Of a stretch of DNA of 64,000 bases, positions 9,587 through 19,271 are shown piece by piece. The stretch lies in IMG/VR virus record IMGVR_UViG_3300036819_000331, positions 1 through 64,000 of that record; one strand, given 5' to 3'. Numbering within the stretch: the stretch's first letter is position 1; the number at the start of each line of letters is the position of its first letter. The translations under genes and the position numbers were made by a program. Below the pieces are notes generated by a model. The model worked only from the letters and a program-made list of their open reading frames with translations, did no database searches and was not told where the DNA came from. The DNA comes from a virus.

Positions 9587-11244
9587 CCAACCACCTCTTC
9601 TACGGCGACAACCTGACTGTCCTGCGCGAGCATATCAAGGATGAGACTGTCGATCTCGTCTATCTCGACCCGCCATTCAACAGCCAGGCGAATTACAATA
9701 TCCTGTTTAAATCCCCGGCGGGGATTCAATCGCAGGCGCAGATCGAAGCTTTTGAGGATACCTGGCACTGGAACCAGCATGCGGAACAGGCCTTCGATGA
9801 GGTGATGAGTAGCGGTAATAGCGATGTCGCTGAAATGCTCCGCGCCATGCGCTCATTCTTGAAAGAGAACGACATGATGGCCTATCTCACTATGATGGCC
9901 GTCAGGCTGCTGGAACTCCATCGTGTGCTCAAGCCCACCGGCAGCCTCTACTTGCACTGCGATCCGACGGCCAGCCACTACCTCAAAACGCTAATGGATG
10001 CCGTGTTTGGCGCAACTAACTTCAGAAGTGAACTTATCTGGAAAAGGACAGGCGCACATTCCGCCGCTGATCGGTGGGGCGACATTCACGATACAATCCT
10101 TTATTACACGAAATCCGATGATCGGACATGGAATGAAATTCTACTGCCTCATAGCGGTGAATACTCGGCACGGTATAAGAACGTTGGTAAAGGCGGAGAA
10201 CTATGGGCGGACGACAATTTGACGGCTCCGGGAGTGCGCCACGGCGATTCCGGCGCTGTCTGGCGAGGCTATGATCCGACTGCAAAGGGAGTGCATTGGA
10301 AAGCTAACCTCAAAACTGTGGAGCGTTTGGTAGGAACCGATAAGGCCAAAGAACTACCAACTACGCAAAAGCTGGATTTACTAGACGAAAATGGATTTAT
10401 CCATTGGCCAAAATCGCGTAGCGGCGACGGCGAAGGATTTCCGCGATTCAAGCGATACCTGAGCGAGGGAGTTGCGGTACAGGATGTTATAATGGACATT
10501 CCTCCACTTAACTCGCAGGCGCAGGAACGTCTTGGTTATCCTACTCAAAAGCCGTTAGCGTTGCTTGAGCGAATTCTTAAAGTCAGCTCGAATGAGGATG
10601 ATGTAGTCCTCGATCCATTCTGCGGCTGCGGCACCACAATCCATGCCGCACAGAAACTCCGCCGCAAATGGATCGGCATCGACATCACCCACCTCGCAAT
10701 ATCTCTTATTGAAAAGCGCCTCAAGGATGCCTTCCCCGGCATCGAGTTCAAGGTACACGGCACGCCCAAAGACCTTGACGGTGCCCGCGCGCTGGCGGAA
10801 CAGGACAAGTACCAGTTCCAGTGGTGGGCGGTATCGCTGGTGAACGCCGTACCGTATGGCGGCAAGAAGAAGGGCGCGGATTCCGGCATCGACGGCTTCA
10901 TTTACTTTAAGCCGGACGGCAAGACCACGGAGAAGGCCATCGTGTCCGTGAAGGGCGGCGGCAATGTCGGCGTGCCGATGATCCGCGACATGGGGCATGT
11001 GGTTGACCGGGAGAAGGCTAAAATCGGCGTGTTCATCACGCTGGCGGAGCCTACCAAGCCCATGCAGACAGAGGCCGTGAAGGCGGGCTATTACGAAACG
11101 CCGTACGGCAAATACCAGAAGCTTCAGATACTCACGATTGAGGAGCTATTTGCGGGCAAGAAGCCGAACATTCCGCTTGTCGATTCATCTGCCTTCAAGA
11201 AGGCCGGGAAGGAAGACATGAGCAAGCAGGATTCGCTGTTCTAA
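9583..11244 (+). CDS. N6/N4 DNA methyltransferase fused to an Mrr-like restriction endonuclease domain
   Basis: DPPF motif IV, YPTQKP, DPFCGCGTT motif I (beta class); C-terminal GADSGIDG...VSVKGG. Confidence 0.9.
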   Translation: MTNHLFYGDNLTVLREHIKDETVDLVYLDPPFNSQANYNILFKSPAGIQSQAQIEAFEDTWHWNQHAEQAFDEVMSSGNSDVAEMLRAMRSFLKENDMMAYLTMMAVRLLELHRVLKPTGSLYLHCDPTASHYLKTLMDAVFGATNFRSELIWKRTGAHSAADRWGDIHDTILYYTKSDDRTWNEILLPHSGEYSARYKNVGKGGELWADDNLTAPGVRHGDSGAVWRGYDPTAKGVHWKANLKTVERLVGTDKAKELPTTQKLDLLDENGFIHWPKSRSGDGEGFPRFKRYLSEGVAVQDVIMDIPPLNSQAQERLGYPTQKPLALLERILKVSSNEDDVVLDPFCGCGTTIHAAQKLRRKWIGIDITHLAISLIEKRLKDAFPGIEFKVHGTPKDLDGARALAEQDKYQFQWWAVSLVNAVPYGGKKKGADSGIDGFIYFKPDGKTTEKAIVSVKGGGNVGVPMIRDMGHVVDREKAKIGVFITLAEPTKPMQTEAVKAGYYETPYGKYQKLQILTIEELFAGKKPNIPLVDSSAFKKAGKEDMSKQDSLF

Positions 11245-11305
11245 TCCGGCTTGTTTTTGATTCTGATGGAACTATTATGGCCCATTGCACACAAAGAGGC
11301 CTTCC

Positions 11306-11710
11306 ATGCCAGAAGAGAAGCCGTGGAAACGGCTACTAGTATTTGTGAAGTTCGGCGATGCCAGCGCTCCTTCCTCAGATCGCCCGAACGAGTGGAACTT
11401 CTATGGGAATGTAGAGGCCGTTCTGCGCCTGGAAGACGCATTGCTGGATGTGAAGAATTCCAGCTGCAAGCAGGCGATGCGCTCCGATGACGGCAAAATG
11501 GTCTGTTACATATTGCGCTGCTATTATGAATCGACGATCATTCAGCAAATGCTCGAATATCCTGAGAGTATGCATGCGTTCCGGCGAGGCAGCAGGAGCT
11601 ACAAGGGTGATGTGCTAAGGGCGGGCGACAGAATGCTTATAGCAGAAATCACTGGGGATTATGCGTTTCGCGCGATGCCTGAAGCGCGTGATGTTTTCGC
11701 ATTTCGCTAA
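11306..11710 (+). CDS. Hypothetical passenger protein
   Basis: ORF inside the right IR. Confidence 0.45.
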   Translation: MPEEKPWKRLLVFVKFGDASAPSSDRPNEWNFYGNVEAVLRLEDALLDVKNSSCKQAMRSDDGKMVCYILRCYYESTIIQQMLEYPESMHAFRRGSRSYKGDVLRAGDRMLIAEITGDYAFRAMPEARDVFAFR

Positions 11711-11927
11711 GGCGCTTATCAAGGGTCTCGTTTAACCGCTTGCAATAGTACTTGTGTCCGACGCCCGCTAACCATAAGAGTAGCCGGGAAGGCAAGAGCA
11801 AAAGTCGAAAGTGGGAACTCTCCCCCATCTCCCCTCCAAGGTGTGGCTGCTACATGATTGCGTTCTTCCCCTTATTTACCCCCACTGCGTCTCATAAGCA
11901 AGCGCATTTTGCTGGTCGTGGCCCGGC

Positions 11928-12353
11928 TTAGCCGCCGCTCACTTCCCCGCCCATGGCCGTGGTGGTGCCACGCTTCCTTCTTGCCGAGCCGCTTTTCTTC
12001 TTCGCCGCCCACCGCTTCTTCAGCGCCGCGACGATGTTCGCCTTCCCGGCGGCACTGAGCTTCCGCTTTTTCTTGGCACCCTTGACCGCTTTGGGTGCCG
12101 GAGCCGTTTTCGCAGCGGGCGCAGTTTCACCGCGCACCTTAGCCCACCGACGCTGCTGGCCTTCGCGCATGCGCTTCAAAGCGGCGGCGCTGACTTTACG
12201 CTTCGGCTTGGCTGTCTTAGCGTGAGCGGCGGGGGCGGCAGGTTCGCCCTTCAGCATGGCGCGCAACTCCGCAATCTGTGCGTCGATCTTCAATTTCTGA
12301 GCCTCGAAGCCAGTGATAGCGGCCTCGATGATTTCATTCGTGAGTGTGGGCAA
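11928..12353 (-). CDS. Basic Lys/Ala-rich putative nucleoid protein (Acidobacteria-type)
   Basis: IIEAAITGFEAQKLKIDAQIAELR and repeated KRKxSAA...RRWA motifs. Confidence 0.7.
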   Translation of the reverse strand: MPTLTNEIIEAAITGFEAQKLKIDAQIAELRAMLKGEPAAPAAHAKTAKPKRKVSAAALKRMREGQQRRWAKVRGETAPAAKTAPAPKAVKGAKKKRKLSAAGKANIVAALKKRWAAKKKSGSARRKRGTTTAMGGEVSGG

Positions 12354-12767
12354 TTCTGCGATTCTCCCTTTGCTCTCAAGCGTAGCATTGCTCGGAGCAG
12401 CCGCGGTAAGGGCAAGACACAGGAAGTCGTGTCCAGTGTGATCCCCGCCATTGGGTGAACTGTGGTGGCACGCATGGGGGTGCCTGCGGGTATTCGGCAG
12501 AGGGTAGTGAAACCATTACCCTCAAAAGGGGATAAGGAAACCCTCAGATGGTGGCTTGAGGAAAATCTGGGGAACATTCAGAATGTAACCCATGACGAAG
12601 ATCGGCGAGCAAATTCCCCCTTCACGCCATTATCAGGCGTGCCCCAAGATTGAAAAGCGGAGCGAACCGGTGCTCTCCGATGAATTCCTGGAGCATATCC
12701 GTCAGTTGCGCGCGAAATCGGCGGCGGTGCGTCAAAGAGCGGCGGTTATCGCCAGGGCGCTGGCAGG

Positions 12768-13040
12768 ATGATGCAGATGGAACTCGCCGACATCCGGGAC
12801 ATCGAACTGCTGACCGAGACATATAAGAAGAAGCGCGACCCGCGCCCGGTCATGACGAAGAACGCTGCGCCAGGACGGTATGAAGCGCCGCGTCATAAGA
12901 GCCGCCGGTGTGAGTGTGGAACCTGCGGCACATGCAGGGACAACGCTCGGTGGGAGCGGATCTTTACCGAGAAGTTCGCCGATCCGGCATATTATGGCGG
13001 GCTTGCCATCCGCCACGAATCTCCCATTCACCGTATCTGA
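12768..13040 (+). CDS. Cys-cluster hypothetical protein (Solibacter/Bryobacteraceae-type)
   Basis: CECGTCGTCRDNARWERIFTEKFADPAYY motif. Confidence 0.6.
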   Translation: MMQMELADIRDIELLTETYKKKRDPRPVMTKNAAPGRYEAPRHKSRRCECGTCGTCRDNARWERIFTEKFADPAYYGGLAIRHESPIHRI

Positions 13041-13209
13041 ATTTTCCCTCCAAATTATTGTCCTATCCCCCTCACTCGCGGGGATGCTTTCTGCTATCGA
13101 TTGGTGATCTAATCAGATCAACTATAGTAAGCATTCTTCGGGATGGCGGGCTCTGCTGCTGGACTGATAGCTCCGGGGGCAACCCGCTGCCGCGAATCGG
13201 GGAGGATAT

Positions 13210-13398
13210 ATGCAGTCCCTGGGTTCATCTTCGATCAATTCGGTGTGGCGTGAGAAGCTGGCAGAAGCTGAACGCCGATACCACGAAAACCGAACGCCTG
13301 AAAACCGGGTCGAATTCCGCCGGGTTCTCGGAATCTTCTCTGCACTGGTCATGCGCGGAGTGCAGCCACCGGCAATGGTTACGGCGGCCAGCGAATAA
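13210..13398 (+). CDS. Small hypothetical protein
   Basis: Strong RBS GGAGGA. Confidence 0.45.
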   Translation: MQSLGSSSINSVWREKLAEAERRYHENRTPENRVEFRRVLGIFSALVMRGVQPPAMVTAASE

Positions 13399-13403
13399 GG
13401 GGG

Positions 13404-13676
13404 CTAAACGCCACCCGACGCAGACACCCAGCCTGTCCCACCACACGCGATACAGCGCAGTTCACTTATCGCATGGTTTGGCGGGCACGGTTTTCCGCTC
13501 CCGGCGCAAGAACCGCATAACTTCCAATCGGTTTTACCAATTGCATTCCTATAGACGCCACGGCAGCGCTTTCCATTCTTCGGGGTCCGCCTGCACTGCT
13601 GATTAATACTGAGCAGATCGTAACGCAAGTCTCCGCAACGGCTACAGGCCGCAACGGGTTTTGGTTTTCGCTCCAT
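13404..13676 (-). CDS. Cys-rich zinc-finger protein
   Basis: CSRCG, CGSCAGSG and CIACGGTG motifs (DnaJ-zinc-like). Confidence 0.5.
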   Translation of the reverse strand: MERKPKPVAACSRCGDLRYDLLSINQQCRRTPKNGKRCRGVYRNAIGKTDWKLCGSCAGSGKPCPPNHAISELRCIACGGTGWVSASGGV

Positions 13677-13800
13677 GAGCTTTCTTGCAATACGGCGGTG
13701 TGAGCCAGCGTCATCATGTTCCGGTGCGTGGCTCGGGCCGTACTATATCAGGTTTCTGGACGCGATGTTATTGCAGCCCCATCTCAGGCCGTTACGAGAC

Positions 13801-16800
13801 TTACAAAGCAAACGTGGTGGGGTGTGCATTTAACTTCCCCACGAAGCCAGCCATGATCGGTTTTTCAGTCGCTTCGGAATTCTCGGCAACTACCTGCGCC
13901 TCATGCTTATCCAAATCGAGCGCAGCATTGAGCTGCGCCTGCTTGCCGAGTAATTCCTTTAACCGCGCTTCATGCTCAAACTTCCGGTCTAGCTGCCCCT
14001 TGTAATCCGCCAATGCCTTTTCCTGCCGCTCGATCTCACGCTGCTCTTCCTCGGCCTTACGATCAAGGCCCCGAAGTACGCTATCGATGCTTGCGATTGT
14101 TCCCTGTGGGCTTGCCGGATTGAGATTGGCCTGATACGTTTCCTTGCCCCGGACGAACAGATCGGGCTCGCCGTCCTTATAGGCACTTCCCCGGCTGAGG
14201 ATCTCGAAGCCCTTGTAATGGCCGCGCACCTTCAGCGTCTTATCGTCCTTCCATGACATGACGACTGTGTTCAGGGCATTACCGGCGTTCTCGCGCGCAC
14301 CCTTACCTGAGAATTCCCGATTGCCAACCTTCATCGTGAATTCTTCTTCCCCGTGGGCATCCCGCGTGACGATATCGGATGTGAGGGCCGCGTGGTACTT
14401 CCGGTCGCGCTCAATCCGCTCCGGGAGTGCCTTCAGTTCCCAGCGGATATTGTGCTGCTGGTTGATATGGGAGGCGCGGAGCTGGTCGAGCTTGCGGATT
14501 TCGGTATCGACCTTGACCTTTTCCATTACCGCCGGGTTGCCTGAAGCAATCGCCTTGATCTCCGCATAGGTGAGCGCGCCGCCTTCGAGGTCTTCTGCCT
14601 GGCGAACGGTCACGCTACCGTTCATTACCTGATTGATAAACCTCGCTTTATTTTCCAAACATTGCCACATATATGCATCGAAACTGCCTTCGGTGACGTA
14701 GCGGTGGATGTGGACGCTGGGGTTCTCATTGCCCTGCCGAAGTATCCTGCCTTCACGTTGCTCAATGTCGCGCGGCCTCCATGGCGCGTCGAGATGATGA
14801 AGGGCCACGAGCCTTTTCTGGACGTTCGTCCCGGCGCCCATTTTCTCGGTGGACCCAAGAAGGATACGGACTCGCCCGGCATTGACAGAGTCGAACAGCG
14901 TCTTCTTCTGAATATCCGTGTCGGCATCATGGATATAGGCGATCTCCTTCTCGGGAATGCCGCGCTCAAGCAACTTGCCGCGGATTTCATCATAGACGTT
15001 GAACTTATCGGGGTTGGGTGTCGAGACGTCGCAGAACACCAGCTGCGTGGTGCGTTTGTCTTTCCCCTGCTCCCACGTGCGGTAAACCTGCTCCACGGCG
15101 CGGCTCAGCTTGGTATCGCCTTCGGTCTCCGCATAGGGGTTTACCAACCGCATATCCAGCGCGGCCTTCCGGCCGTCGCCGGTAATCTTCAGCATGTTGT
15201 CCCGGCGGGGATCAACGCCGCCGCCTTTTAGCTTCTGTGCGCGTTCCACCAGCGTCCCGACAAACTCTTTCAGTTCGGGTGATGCCGGCGATGCCATGAT
15301 GTGCGGTTTTCCTCCGTCGATCTCCGGCCGCGGCAGGTGCAGCATGTCCGCCGTCTGTACATCCGCGAAGCTGCGGAACATCGAGAGCAGCTCGGGCAGG
15401 TTGACGAATTTCGCGAACCGGGTATGCATTCTGTACCCGGAGCCGTCCGGTGCAAGTTCGAGCGCGGTCACGGCCTCCCCGAAGTTGGCTGCCCATGCGT
15501 CGAAGTGCTCCACGCCTGCGGCGGCGAGCGACAACGGCGCGAGGTAGCGCTGAAGCGTGTACATCTCGGCCATGGTGTTCGATATCGGCGTGCCGGTCGC
15601 GAAGACCGTACCGCCGCCATGCTCGGCGAGGTATTGCGTCTTCAGGTACATGTCGAGGGCGCGGTTGCTTTCGGTATTCGGCAAACCGGCGATTCGGTTC
15701 ATTTTACTTACGAATCCGAGGTTCTTAAAAAGATCCGACTCATCACAGAAAATTCTATCCACGCCCAGTTGCTCGAAGCTCACGGCATCATCCTTCCGCT
15801 CGCGGTCCGCGCGCTCCTTGAGCTTCGTGGTGAGGCGCTTCTTTGCTTTTTCCAGTTCCTTCACGATGCGCCGGTTGTCGCCTTTCTCGGCTTTCGCCTC
15901 ATAAATCGCCGCTTCGAGCTGGTCCACCTGCTTGTCCACGAAGTGTTTGAAGGTCTCATCGGAGACGGGGAGCTTTTCAAATGAGCTGTGCGAGACGATG
16001 ACGGCGTCGTAATTGCCAGTCGCAATGCGCGCCATAGCCTTCTGCCGATTGCCTCCTGCAAAGGCATCCTTTCCTGCGACGAAGATGTTCGCCTGAGGGT
16101 ATAGCGCGAGGAACGCCGCGCCCCACTGCTCGACCAGATGGTTGGGAACGACGATCATCGGTTTGTGCGCGAGGCCGAGGCGCTTCAGTTCCATGGTGGC
16201 GGCGGCCATGATCGCCGTCTTTCCGGCACCGACGCAATGTGCCAGCAAGGTATTGTCGTTCTGAAGAATCCTCCAGACCGCGTCTTTCTGATGCTTGTCG
16301 AGATCATTCTTCCTCAGCATTGAGCGGTTCATGCCGGGAAACGTCAGGTGTGAGCCGTCGTAAGTCCGCAGGCGGATATTGTTGAAAGTGTCGTTGTAAG
16401 AGCGCGCAAGCCTGTGCGCGCGATTCTCGTCCTGCCAAATCCACTCGCTGAATTTGTCTTTCAGCTTCTGCTGTGCTTCCCGAGCGGCGATGGTCTCTTG
16501 TTGGTTCACCACGCGGCTGTCATCCGGCATCACGTCGTAAATCGTAGGCGTGCGGCCGTTGAGGGCATCATCGATAAGGCTGATTGCTGTTGCGCGCGGA
16601 ACGCCGTGGGTGGTGGTGTTGGCAACGCTGTATTTTGCCTCGTAGTCGGCATCGACCGCCCAACTGGCGATGGCACCGGAGTGGCTTACTCTGATGCCGG
16701 GGACAGAGACTCCCAGCGTCTCGCTGATGAAATCCCGAACGTCAGCCGCCGGTATCCATGACGATCCGAGCCGGGCGCTGATGTCTCCGGGCAGGAGATC

Positions 16801-19080
16801 GGCGGGCTGAACGGCTTTCAGCGCCTCGACATTGTGACTGTAGGACCGGTCGAGCGCCGCTGCGGCTTCGGCCGTTTTCAGCTTGGCCCTGACATTGCCG
16901 CTCAGGTAGCGGTCGGCGGTTTCCCAATCACCTTCGGGGTTGCGGTACACCATGCCGTCGAGTTCCTGCTGCATCTGCCTTGCGGTGCGGCCAGTAAGCG
17001 ACGCCATGCGCGTCCAGTCGATGCCGCCGGTTTCATTGAGGGAGATCGCCAGCGCCTCAGCAGCGGTGTCCACATGCTCTGTCGGTTTATGCTTCTCCAG
17101 CGTGCGCCGCTCGAAGATGGCAGTCTTAGTTGCGCGCTTATGCTCGGCGTCGTAATTCTCAAGGGAGAGGAGGAGGGGCTGATCGGGATCTCCGCTAAAG
17201 GCCCGGAGGTTCTCACGAGAGGAGAGGGGGCCGTTATTGCGTGCGAAGCGGTCGTAAATCTGATTGAGGAGTTGCCTGGCTTCCGTGATGCTGTGTTCCG
17301 GGGAGTCTTCCAGCTGCGTTCGAAACACCAGACGGACGGCATCGCGAACCGCCATCATTCCCCTGACTCGCTCGGCGGCGGAAGATGAAAGGGACGTGGG
17401 CTCGAAGCTGTCGCCGTTGCGGGTGACGATAGCCCCGTCTCGGATCGCATAGGCTCCGTCCTTGATACCGGTGAAGGCCTCGGCATCGAGGATTTGCTTC
17501 GGGGGCGGGCGCTCGCGGTCCCTCGGGACATATGCGCCGTCGGGCAGCCTGTGGATGGCGCGCGCAAGCAGCTCCGGCGTGAGCAGTCCCTCCAGTGTCG
17601 GCTCTGCGCCGCGGTACATCGTGCCTACGAGCTTCATCTTGCCGAGCATCATCTCGGGGTGGTGTGCGAAGTATTCGTTTACAGCGATCGGGCCATCCGG
17701 GCTATCGATAGTTTCAAGGTGCTGCCACGCCTCTCCTGAAGGTTGTGCGCCGGGCGCACGCTTGCGAAGGAACAGGATATCGGTGGTGACCTCCGTGCCG
17801 GCGTTGACTTTGAACGCGGTATTGGGAAGTCGGATTGCGCCAAGCAGGTCCGCCTGCTCGCCCAGGTGCCGCCGAATGGTGTCGTTCTCTTTATCCATGG
17901 TGTAGCGGCTGGTGATCAGCGCCATGACACCGCCGGGCCGGGTTTTTTCCAGCGACTTGGCGAAGAAATAATCGTGGATCGCCCGCGTGAGACCGTGCTT
18001 CATCTTCGGGTCGTGGACAGCGTAATCGCCGAATGGCACATTGCCAACAACAGCGTCGAAGAAATTGTCCGGCAGAGGCGTTTCCTCGAAGCCCTTCTGA
18101 AATATCGAAGAATCCGGATAGAGCTTTTTCGCGATGCGGGCGGTGATGGAATCAAGTTCCACGCCGGTCCGGTGACCGCCTGCCATTGACTCGGGCATGA
18201 GGCCGAAGAAATTCCCTACCCCCATCGCTGGTTCCAGAATCTGCGCTCCGTTCCCGACCCCCATGCGCTGCAGACCGTCCCAGATCGCGGAGATGACCAC
18301 GGGCGACGTGAAATGCGCGTTGGGTGTGGAAGCGCGCGCAGCTTCGTATTCGTCGTCCGTGAGGATCTTGCGCAGCTCTTCGGCCGGTTTGTCCCACTCC
18401 TCACGGCGACGGTAATTCGATTCGAATATGCCGGGCATGCCGCCCCATCCCACATATCGTGCGAGGACGCCTTTCTCTGTCTCGGTAGCGTCGCGGTTTT
18501 CGGCTTCGAGCGCCTTCAGGAGCCTGATGGCTTCGATGTTCCCGCGCGCCTTCTCATGGAGGCTACCCACCCCGATTCTGTGCTCTGAGGTGATTCGGAA
18601 ATCGCGGGAGGGCTGCTCGGGCTCGTCGATGACGACTCTTCCGGCGGCAGGAACTCGTCCAGCGCCAGCTCCCACGCCTTGTGATATTCCAGTTTCCGCA
18701 CCGATACCAGCTCGTACAGGAAGCTGCTGAATTGCTCCGCCGTCTGCTCCAGCTCCGTCTCCAGCCGGTTTTGCAGCAGGAGTTGCCGGAACATAGTCGG
18801 GTGGTAAGTCTCCCAGTGCACCAAAATCAAGCTGCTCAGGCGGTCGCGGTCGGGCATGATGTTCCCCGGATTTACGCACCGGCGCAACTGGTGCGGGTGT
18901 ATCTATAGGAGCTTCGGAGAAAAGATCAAGCTGGTTTCGGTAGTCGTAAGGGACTGCCGTCTTGGGCTTGGGATTCTTGAACCATGTCGGCAATGCCATG
19001 ATCTCTCTCGTGCTGGTTGCGCTGGAGAGTGTATGAATATTGCGCGCATTTGCAAGCCCCGGACTTCGGTTTGCGGACAT
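13801..19080 (-). CDS. Large DNA methyltransferase-SNF2 helicase fusion (DarB-like, conjugative-element type)
   Basis: ILEPAMGVGNF and GNVPF (MTase); AHCVGAGKT, DESD, ATGTP, GTNVQ, PWRPRDIEQREGRILRQGN (SF2 motifs); RBS AAGGAGG before ATG 19080. Confidence 0.9.
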   Translation of the reverse strand: MSANRSPGLANARNIHTLSSATSTREIMALPTWFKNPKPKTAVPYDYRNQLDLFSEAPIDTPAPVAPVRKSGEHHARPRPPEQLDFGALGDLPPDYVPATPAAKPAGDGAGADGGAIQQLPVRAGIGAETGISQGVGAGAGRVPAAGRVVIDEPEQPSRDFRITSEHRIGVGSLHEKARGNIEAIRLLKALEAENRDATETEKGVLARYVGWGGMPGIFESNYRRREEWDKPAEELRKILTDDEYEAARASTPNAHFTSPVVISAIWDGLQRMGVGNGAQILEPAMGVGNFFGLMPESMAGGHRTGVELDSITARIAKKLYPDSSIFQKGFEETPLPDNFFDAVVGNVPFGDYAVHDPKMKHGLTRAIHDYFFAKSLEKTRPGGVMALITSRYTMDKENDTIRRHLGEQADLLGAIRLPNTAFKVNAGTEVTTDILFLRKRAPGAQPSGEAWQHLETIDSPDGPIAVNEYFAHHPEMMLGKMKLVGTMYRGAEPTLEGLLTPELLARAIHRLPDGAYVPRDRERPPPKQILDAEAFTGIKDGAYAIRDGAIVTRNGDSFEPTSLSSSAAERVRGMMAVRDAVRLVFRTQLEDSPEHSITEARQLLNQIYDRFARNNGPLSSRENLRAFSGDPDQPLLLSLENYDAEHKRATKTAIFERRTLEKHKPTEHVDTAAEALAISLNETGGIDWTRMASLTGRTARQMQQELDGMVYRNPEGDWETADRYLSGNVRAKLKTAEAAAALDRSYSHNVEALKAVQPADLLPGDISARLGSSWIPAADVRDFISETLGVSVPGIRVSHSGAIASWAVDADYEAKYSVANTTTHGVPRATAISLIDDALNGRTPTIYDVMPDDSRVVNQQETIAAREAQQKLKDKFSEWIWQDENRAHRLARSYNDTFNNIRLRTYDGSHLTFPGMNRSMLRKNDLDKHQKDAVWRILQNDNTLLAHCVGAGKTAIMAAATMELKRLGLAHKPMIVVPNHLVEQWGAAFLALYPQANIFVAGKDAFAGGNRQKAMARIATGNYDAVIVSHSSFEKLPVSDETFKHFVDKQVDQLEAAIYEAKAEKGDNRRIVKELEKAKKRLTTKLKERADRERKDDAVSFEQLGVDRIFCDESDLFKNLGFVSKMNRIAGLPNTESNRALDMYLKTQYLAEHGGGTVFATGTPISNTMAEMYTLQRYLAPLSLAAAGVEHFDAWAANFGEAVTALELAPDGSGYRMHTRFAKFVNLPELLSMFRSFADVQTADMLHLPRPEIDGGKPHIMASPASPELKEFVGTLVERAQKLKGGGVDPRRDNMLKITGDGRKAALDMRLVNPYAETEGDTKLSRAVEQVYRTWEQGKDKRTTQLVFCDVSTPNPDKFNVYDEIRGKLLERGIPEKEIAYIHDADTDIQKKTLFDSVNAGRVRILLGSTEKMGAGTNVQKRLVALHHLDAPWRPRDIEQREGRILRQGNENPSVHIHRYVTEGSFDAYMWQCLENKARFINQVMNGSVTVRQAEDLEGGALTYAEIKAIASGNPAVMEKVKVDTEIRKLDQLRASHINQQHNIRWELKALPERIERDRKYHAALTSDIVTRDAHGEEEFTMKVGNREFSGKGARENAGNALNTVVMSWKDDKTLKVRGHYKGFEILSRGSAYKDGEPDLFVRGKETYQANLNPASPQGTIASIDSVLRGLDRKAEEEQREIERQEKALADYKGQLDRKFEHEARLKELLGKQAQLNAALDLDKHEAQVVAENSEATEKPIMAGFVGKLNAHPTTFAL
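18516..18857 (-). CDS. Overprinted TnpV-like protein in an alternative frame of the helicase 5' region
   Basis: GGGGA RBS; amphipathic HWETYHPTMFRQL...LETELEQTAEQ...AWELALDEFL pattern. Confidence 0.55.
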   Translation of the reverse strand: MPDRDRLSSLILVHWETYHPTMFRQLLLQNRLETELEQTAEQFSSFLYELVSVRKLEYHKAWELALDEFLPPEESSSTSPSSPPAISESPQSTESGWVASMRRRAGTSKPSGS

Positions 19081-19132
19081 GGCCGTTGCCTCCTTACTGC
19101 GTTGTGGCAAGGCCAACACAGCCTCGCTTCAG

Positions 19133-19246
19133 GCGCATGGAAAGCGGGCAGGAGCGGAGCGCGTCATAGGCTCGGAGACTTCTCGGTTACTTGGTGCGGA
19201 AGTCGAGAACCGTCCTTGACGCGCGAGCACGGACCGCTATGCGCCC
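19133..19246 (-). promoter_or_regulatory. Long nested stem-loop upstream of the helicase-methylase
   Basis: Arms ggcgcat/atgcgcc, agcgg/ccgct, gcgcgtca/tgacgcgc, ttctcg/cgagaa. Confidence 0.5.
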
Positions 19247-19271
19247 ACTGAAGCGAAGGCAGAGGATAGGG

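Larger units (their letters stand above)
7074..11862. mobile_element. IS1595-family transporter IS with passenger genes
   Basis: Imperfect 24-bp terminal inverted repeats at 7074-7097 (cgcacttatgtatcaaccacacct) and 11839-11862 (reverse complement cgcaatcatgtagcagccacacct), 20/24 identical, enclosing an IS1595 transposase. Confidence 0.7.

Noticed and set aside
7066-11870. Target-site duplication of the IS1595 element
   Set aside because: Flanks (cacaagac versus ttcttccc) do not match
14258-18455. Many short ORFs overlapping the helicase core
   Set aside because: No clear RBS or motifs; expected in GC-rich coding DNA, unlike the 18516-18857 ORF
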